From Bacteroidota bacterium (GTDB lineage: Bacteria > Bacteroidota > Bacteroidia > Chitinophagales > Chitinophagaceae), in NCBI GenBank assembly GCA_947456625.1, contig CANGQJ010000006.1:42259-106258 (forward strand): a stretch of DNA of 64,000 nt, in the 5' to 3' direction. Below, piece by piece: positions 58,303 through 64,000 of this stretch (the first letter of the stretch is position 1; each line of letters begins with the position of its first letter). The translations under genes were made by a program, and so were the position numbers. The notes beneath the pieces are model-generated. The model was not told the origin of the DNA and did not search any database. It saw only the letters and a program-made list of their open reading frames with translations.

Positions 58303-60414
58303 TTATTTCAAAATAGTATAAGTAAGCAAGCTCATTAAATAAGCCAGACCTGTCATCATGAAAAATTGAATGGTGGGCCATTTCCAACTTTGGGTTTCTC
58401 TTTTTACTACTGCAAGGGTACTCATACATTGCATAGCCAACACATAAAATATCATTAAGGAAATTGCTGCTGCAAAACTATATACTGCTGTGCCATCGGG
58501 ACGTTTAGCAGCTTGAAGCTTTTGTGTTAGCGAACTATTGTCTGCAGCTTCAACACTATATAATGTAGCCATGGTACCCACAAAAACTTCACGTGCTGCA
58601 AAAGAGGTTACAATTGCAATACCTATTTTCCAATCAAATCCCAATGGTGCAATTGCGGGCTCAATGGTTTTACCTAAAATGCCTGCGTATGAATTTTCTA
58701 ATTTTTGAGTATGGTATATTTTATCTAATTCGGATTTATTATTTGGGCTTGCTGCAATTTGTTGTGTGTGCGCAGTTTCTACTTGTTGCATTTGTTTACT
58801 TGGTCCGTAGCTACTTAAAAACCAAAGTAGCAAACTAATTATCATAATTACTTTTCCTGCATCGGTAACAAATATTTTTGCTTTTTGAATCATGGTAACT
58901 CCCACGTTTTTCCAACGTGGTGCACGATATACAGGTAGCTCTAAAATAAAAAAGCTTTTTTCCTTAATGCGAATAAACCATTTTAAAACCATGCTTGCTA
59001 ATAGGGCCATAATAATGCCTAATACATAAAGGCCCATCATTACCAATCCTTGTAAACTTAAAAATCCAAAATATATTTTCTTGTCAATCACAAGTGAAAT
59101 TAAAATGGTATAAACAGGAAGTCGCGCACTACAACTCATAAAAGGAGTAACCATTATAGTAAGTAACCTTTCTTTTTTATTCTCAATATTTCGGGCACTC
59201 ATGATAGCTGGAACTGCACAAGCAAAGCCACTAATCATAGGCATTACACTCTTGCCATTTAATCCTACTTTACGCATAAGCTTATCGCTTAGAAAACTAA
59301 TACGCGCCATATAACCAGTGTCTTCTAATAAAGTTACTAGTCCAAATAAAATCATGATTTGTGGAATAAAAACAAATATCCCCCCCAGTCCTGCAATAAT
59401 TCCATTTACCAATAAGTCCTCCCACCATGCGTTTGGTAAGACATTATTTAAATATGCAGTTAGGTTGGTAAAAATCCATTCAATACCATCCATGGGATAC
59501 CTGGCCATCCAAAAAACCGATTGAAATAAAACAAACAAAACAAAAAATAAAATTGCATATCCTCCTACACGGTGTAATAATATATTATCAAGTTTATCCG
59601 TGCGTTTTTTCTTGGCACTAGGATCGGGTTCGCTAACCCTATTTTTCATAATCTCCTGAATGTGGCTATAGCGTTGTAATATTTCCTGTGCCTGTGTTTT
59701 AGTATGATTGAAGTTATGCGCTATCTCTATTTGCTCAATATTTTCCTGCATTTCTGTATCCAAAGGAAAGGCTTGGTGGTGCATTAAATAATGTAAAGCA
59801 GCATAGTCGCTATGGGTGGGGTATAATTTTTTAAAATCATGAATCGCTTCTGGTGCTAAATTTTTATTATCAATAAAACTTTCTTGATTTCTAGATCGAG
59901 GGGTTTCAATAATTCCAATTAAAGCTTGTTTTAATTCCTGAAGCCCTTTATTTTTTCTTGCATCAATGGCCACCACTGGAATGCCAAGGTCGGATTGAAG
60001 GCCGGCGACGTCAATTTTAATTCCTTTTTTTGCAGCCAAGTCGTTCATGGTAAGTGCTAGTACCACGGGCTTTTTTAAATCAATAATTTGACTACAAAAA
60101 AGTAAGTTTCTTTTTAAATTACTTGCATCGGCAATGAGTAAAATAACATCGGTATGCATTTCCATATCCACCCCCATAAGAACTTTGTAAGCCACCCATT
60201 CGTCCTCGCGTTTGGGATAAAAACTATAGGTTCCTGGTAAATCAATTAGGGTTGCAGGATGAGCACCAAGTGTAAGTTCGCCTGTTTTTTTATCAACGGT
60301 TACGCCGGGAAAATTACCTACTTTTTGATTAAGCCCGGTTAGGGCATTAAAAAGTGAACTTTTACCACAATTGGGATTTCCCACTAAAGCAATATGAATA
60401 CCGGCTTTGGACAT
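58303..60414 (-). CDS. feoB: Ferrous iron transporter B
   Basis: GNPNCGKS, GNFPGVT, DLPG, EDTGYMAR, SCSARLP and AREV. Confidence 0.96.
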   Translation of the reverse strand: MSKAGIHIALVGNPNCGKSSLFNALTGLNQKVGNFPGVTVDKKTGELTLGAHPATLIDLPGTYSFYPKREDEWVAYKVLMGVDMEMHTDVILLIADASNLKRNLLFCSQIIDLKKPVVLALTMNDLAAKKGIKIDVAGLQSDLGIPVVAIDARKNKGLQELKQALIGIIETPRSRNQESFIDNKNLAPEAIHDFKKLYPTHSDYAALHYLMHHQAFPLDTEMQENIEQIEIAHNFNHTKTQAQEILQRYSHIQEIMKNRVSEPDPSAKKKRTDKLDNILLHRVGGYAILFFVLFVLFQSVFWMARYPMDGIEWIFTNLTAYLNNVLPNAWWEDLLVNGIIAGLGGIFVFIPQIMILFGLVTLLEDTGYMARISFLSDKLMRKVGLNGKSVMPMISGFACAVPAIMSARNIENKKERLLTIMVTPFMSCSARLPVYTILISLVIDKKIYFGFLSLQGLVMMGLYVLGIIMALLASMVLKWFIRIKEKSFFILELPVYRAPRWKNVGVTMIQKAKIFVTDAGKVIMIISLLLWFLSSYGPSKQMQQVETAHTQQIAASPNNKSELDKIYHTQKLENSYAGILGKTIEPAIAPLGFDWKIGIAIVTSFAAREVFVGTMATLYSVEAADNSSLTQKLQAAKRPDGTAVYSFAAAISLMIFYVLAMQCMSTLAVVKRETQSWKWPTIQFFMMTGLAYLMSLLTYTILK

Positions 60415-60545
60415 GCGACAAAGCTAACTTTTATGGCTCGCTCGTACTTACGAAATTAGAAATTGACCAATATGACTAATATTACTGATTTTGGTCACGC
60501 GTATAATAGCTCCTTTACTTATTTTTGTCTCTCAAAATAATTAAG

Positions 60546-62171
60546 ATGCGTAAAGTAATTGTATTGTTTACCCTGGTATTGCCTTTGGGTTTAATAGCAC
60601 AAAAATTAAATAGGACTGATAAAGTATTAATTCAAAGTTTAAAAAGTCACATTCAATTTTTAGCAAGCGATGCATTAGAAGGTCGTCGTGCAGGTGATAT
60701 TGGTGAGCAAAAAGCAGTGGATTACATTATTAATCAATACGCGGGTTTGTCAATTAAGCCAGCAAGTGATCAAGGGTTTATTCAAAGTTTCCCAATTGAC
60801 GAAGGAAAGAAATTAGCAACCGCTGCATATGTTACTATTAATAATCAAACTGCTTTAATTGATTCTGATTTTTTCGCATTGTCTAGTAGTGGTACTGGAA
60901 ACTTTGTTTCAAAAGCATCGGTTACACTAAATGAACCTAAGCAAGTATGGTTTAAAGACATAAGTGATGTGCTGGAAGAAAATGCAAGTAATCCGCATTT
61001 TGATTTAAACGATTGGATTATTAATACAGCTAATCAAATAAAAAGTAAAGGAGCGCTTGCACTTTTTTTACATAATAGTGGCAATACAGTGGATAATATT
61101 CAGTTTAATAAATATGATACTGCAACAGCGTTAGCTATTCCTGTAGTTTATTTTACAAAACAAGGGTATACAAAGCTTTTTAATGATGAGTTGGCAACCT
61201 ATAATATACAAGCTATCATTGCGTTTGAGCACCCTACGAGAACTGCGCATAATGTAGTTGGATTAATAGACAACCATGCAAAAAATACAATTATTATAGG
61301 TGCGCACTTGGATCACCTAGGGTTTAACCAAGACAAGCATGGGCTAGATTTAAATAGTTTTATTCACAATGGAGCAGACGATAATGCAAGTGGTACCGCA
61401 GCATTAATTGAACTAGCAAAATGGCTTTCAAAAAAATCACCTAAAAACAACAACTATTTAATTATTCATTTTTCAGGCGAGGAGCTAGGTTTGTTAGGAA
61501 GTAAATATTGGCTAGACCATCCAACCTTACAAGGCAACTTTAATTACATGATTAATATGGATATGGTGGGTAGGTATGATACAACTCGTAAATTAACGAT
61601 TGGTGGTTATGGCACTTCAAGTAAGTGGGCCGAAATTTTATCTAAAACGCCCACCCCATTATTAACACATTATGATAGTGCAGGTACCGGGCCAAGTGAC
61701 CATGCTAGTTTTTATAGAAAAGATATGCCGGTATTATTTATGTTTACTGGAAGTCATTCAGATTATCATAAAGCAACCGATGATTGGGATAAAATTAATT
61801 ATGAAGGAGAGAAGGATGTGATTCATTTAGTGCAAGACATTATTAAAACAACCGATACCTATGGCAAGCTTGATTTTTTAAAAACAAGGGAGCAAAGTAT
61901 GGGCAAGAGTACTAAGTTTACAGTGAGTCTTGGTGTGATGCCAGATTACGCGTTTACCGGCACTGGCGTTCGAATTGAGGGGGCTAGTCAAGGTAAATTA
62001 GGTGAAAAATTAGGGTTAAAAGCATCCGATGTTTTAATACAACTTGGCGACTATAAATTAATTGATGTGATGGGTTATATGCAAGCTTTAAGTAAATTTA
62101 AAAAAGGGGATAAAACCACATTGGTCATTAAACGAGGTTCCGAGGAAATAAAATTTGAAATACAATTTTAA
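60546..62171 (+). CDS. M28 family metallopeptidase with C-terminal PDZ domain
   Basis: GAHLDH, GADDNASG, GEELGLLGS, DMVG, SDH and YH; SLGVMP PDZ loop. Confidence 0.9.
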   Translation: MRKVIVLFTLVLPLGLIAQKLNRTDKVLIQSLKSHIQFLASDALEGRRAGDIGEQKAVDYIINQYAGLSIKPASDQGFIQSFPIDEGKKLATAAYVTINNQTALIDSDFFALSSSGTGNFVSKASVTLNEPKQVWFKDISDVLEENASNPHFDLNDWIINTANQIKSKGALALFLHNSGNTVDNIQFNKYDTATALAIPVVYFTKQGYTKLFNDELATYNIQAIIAFEHPTRTAHNVVGLIDNHAKNTIIIGAHLDHLGFNQDKHGLDLNSFIHNGADDNASGTAALIELAKWLSKKSPKNNNYLIIHFSGEELGLLGSKYWLDHPTLQGNFNYMINMDMVGRYDTTRKLTIGGYGTSSKWAEILSKTPTPLLTHYDSAGTGPSDHASFYRKDMPVLFMFTGSHSDYHKATDDWDKINYEGEKDVIHLVQDIIKTTDTYGKLDFLKTREQSMGKSTKFTVSLGVMPDYAFTGTGVRIEGASQGKLGEKLGLKASDVLIQLGDYKLIDVMGYMQALSKFKKGDKTTLVIKRGSEEIKFEIQF

Positions 62172-62191
62172 AAAACGTTGTAATTTTTATT

Positions 62192-62629
62192 ATGAAATTA
62201 GTTTTAGATCAAGACGAGATTAATGAGCAAGATTTTGAGGGTACACGTATCCTTGGAATAACTGCACCTATCAAAAATTATCAGTTTTGTATTTTACTAA
62301 ATCAATTCATGGGATTTGAATTTAGATTTAATCCCGAACATGAAATTGCGTTGAAAAGAAAAAGTAGAACTTATTATTTTTCTATGTATGAGGCCAACGA
62401 ACCCAATACCACCATTCAACATTTTGTGTATCATAACCAATATGATGGAGAATATTTATTACCTGAATTAAAACATATGGATTTTATCTGGTGGATAAAA
62501 GGGGATTGGATTGAGGACGAAAAAGTAAAAGAAATTTCTCAAACAATAAGAGACATTAAAGGCGTACAATTAGTGGTAGAGCTCACTCCAGAGCATATTA
62601 AAAACAAAGGCAACCTTATATTTGAATAA
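62192..62629 (+). CDS. Conserved Bacteroidota protein, IPExxxVDY-like family
   Basis: YLLPELKHMDF motif, ~145 aa. Confidence 0.7.
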   Translation: MKLVLDQDEINEQDFEGTRILGITAPIKNYQFCILLNQFMGFEFRFNPEHEIALKRKSRTYYFSMYEANEPNTTIQHFVYHNQYDGEYLLPELKHMDFIWWIKGDWIEDEKVKEISQTIRDIKGVQLVVELTPEHIKNKGNLIFE

Positions 62630-62656
62630 AACACTAGTGAAAATAAGTAACAACTA

Positions 62657-63709
62657 CTACGCTGTAATTATTATATTTTTATTGTTATAAGTTTCACAAA
62701 TACCTATTGGTTGATTATATAAAATACCTGCTTCTTTTAATATAGCTTGTACTTCATTTACTGCACTTGGATCCACTGCAATTAATAAGCCGCCATTGGT
62801 TTGAGGGTCAGGCAAAATTAAACTAGCAATACTTTGGTCAATATCCTTATCTAGTAAAATACCTTCCGATGTTGCATTCCAATTGCGCGCTGTTGCGCCT
62901 GGTATTGTTTTTTGTGCAATATAGTTGTATGCTTCTTTTATAATAGGAATACTAGCGAATGAAATTTTTGCAGTTAAATTGCTTCCTTGCATCATTTCAG
63001 TTAAATGGCCTGCTAAACCAAAACCAGTTACATCGGTCATTGCGTGTACGCCTTTTATTTTCCCCAATGCTTCACCTGCTTTATTAATAGTTGTTAATTG
63101 TTTTACAAGCAATGCTAAATCGGGTTTGGTTAAAAGGCCTCTTTTTTGTGCTGTTGCAAGAATACCAACACCTAAAGGTTTTGTAATAATTAATACATCA
63201 CCTTCTTTTGCTGTATTGTTTTGTTTTAAGTTTTCAATGGCTACAAGTCCATTAACAACCAATCCAAAAATAGGATCTTGACTATCAATACTGTGACCAC
63301 CTGCAATCACAATACCCGCTTCGGCACAGGTTTTGCGCGCACCCTCCATTACTTGTGCAGCCACACTTGCAGGTAGCGTTGCCAATGGCCAACCTAAAAC
63401 TGCCAAAGCAAAAATAGGTTTGCCACCCATTGCATAAACATCACTAATGGCATTGGCTGCAGCTATTTGTCCAAATGCAAAAGCATCGTCTACAATTGGC
63501 ATAAAAAAATCGGTGGTACTAATCATTGCCGTTTTATCATCTAACATATAAACGGCTGCATCGTCTCTGCTATCGTTGCCTACTATTAATTGTGGTATAT
63601 TATTTTTAGCACCCACATTGTGTGCGGCTAAAATTTCTGATAATACCGATGGTGCAATTTTACAACCACACCCACCTCCTTTACTATGTTGTGTTAACTT
63701 AATTTCCAT
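62657..63709 (-). CDS. selD: Selenide, water dikinase (Cys form)
   Basis: GGGCGCK, DDAAVY, TTDFF, SDVYAMGG, GGHS, TDVTGFGLAGH and DPQTNGGLL. Confidence 0.95.
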   Translation of the reverse strand: MEIKLTQHSKGGGCGCKIAPSVLSEILAAHNVGAKNNIPQLIVGNDSRDDAAVYMLDDKTAMISTTDFFMPIVDDAFAFGQIAAANAISDVYAMGGKPIFALAVLGWPLATLPASVAAQVMEGARKTCAEAGIVIAGGHSIDSQDPIFGLVVNGLVAIENLKQNNTAKEGDVLIITKPLGVGILATAQKRGLLTKPDLALLVKQLTTINKAGEALGKIKGVHAMTDVTGFGLAGHLTEMMQGSNLTAKISFASIPIIKEAYNYIAQKTIPGATARNWNATSEGILLDKDIDQSIASLILPDPQTNGGLLIAVDPSAVNEVQAILKEAGILYNQPIGICETYNNKNIIITA

Positions 63710-64000
63710 AATGGTTTCATTTTTTCAATCGTTTCTGCATCACCAACTTGTAACCAATCATGAATACTTATCGATAATGCATTACTAAGTTCGGTCTGCA
63801 ATCTAGCTATTTCCCATTGTTTACCTGTTATTTGCTGCAGAGAAACAGGCTTAACGGCTACATCATTAAATTGAGTTTGATTAATATTAAACCCAATTCC
63901 AATAACGGCCCAAGTCCACTGCTGTCCTCTAAGTGTATTTTCTATTAAAATACCCCCTGCCTTTCTGTCACGCCAGTAAATATCGTTGGGTAATTTGATA
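63694..64000 (-). CDS. birA: Biotin--protein ligase, 5' part outside window (not in ORF track)
   Basis: Hand translation: IKLPNDIYWRDRKAGGILIEN..AVIGIGFNINQ..KPLWKLS*, stop at 63696-63694, overlapping the selD start. Confidence 0.88.
   Translation of the reverse strand, partial: IKLPNDIYWRDRKAGGILIENTLRGQQWTWAVIGIGFNINQTQFNDVAVKPVSLQQITGKQWEIARLQTELSNALSISIHDWLQVGDAETIEKMKPLWKLS

Noticed and set aside
63661-63709. Selenocysteine (UGA) in SelD
   Set aside because: Both active-site codons are TGT (GCGCK); there is no in-frame TGA.
232-63788. Many 60-160 aa antisense or alternate-frame ORFs (e.g. 5997-6416, 18485-18958, 36007-36477, 56965-57432)
   Set aside because: They overlap well-supported genes, show no recognisable motifs and are typical shadow ORFs.
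1-64000. CRISPR arrays, IS elements, prophage or defence genes; the tRNA-like gene as an integration site for the PUL
   Set aside because: By eye I found no repeat-spacer pattern, transposase, integrase or duplicated tRNA 3' end. The left PUL boundary is outside the window, so an att duplicate there cannot be excluded.

Overview
AT-rich Bacteroidota DNA (Chitinophagaceae-like by gene content and TAnnTTTG promoters; the taxonomy is my inference). Bases 1-38.1 kb are one large polysaccharide utilisation locus for pectin/rhamnogalacturonan, with a glucuronate branch: PL22, GH106, GH28, 2x CE12, GH67, UxuA, SusC/SusD, 2x GH105, GH51, GH2, CE8, GH3, an unassigned six-hairpin-type hydrolase and six oxidoreductase genes, mostly with export signals. 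Bases 38.5-64 kb hold housekeeping and catabolic genes: AsnC, a two-gene molybdo-hydroxylase, acyl-CoA dehydrogenase/MarR, an oxidative L-fucose pathway, korB, rnhB, ctaA, pdxH, half-length carB, feoB, selD and a partial birA. The most striking element is a ~165-nt minus-strand tRNA-like RNA at 38171-38337. It has a class II (Leu-like) D arm, a GUC anticodon, the AspRS identity bases, a non-canonical anticodon loop (C33/U37) and a structured 92-nt variable region. It has its own consensus promoter and terminator and is transcribed divergently from asnC. I saw no CRISPR array, rRNA or mobile element. All family calls come from motif recognition, not database searches.
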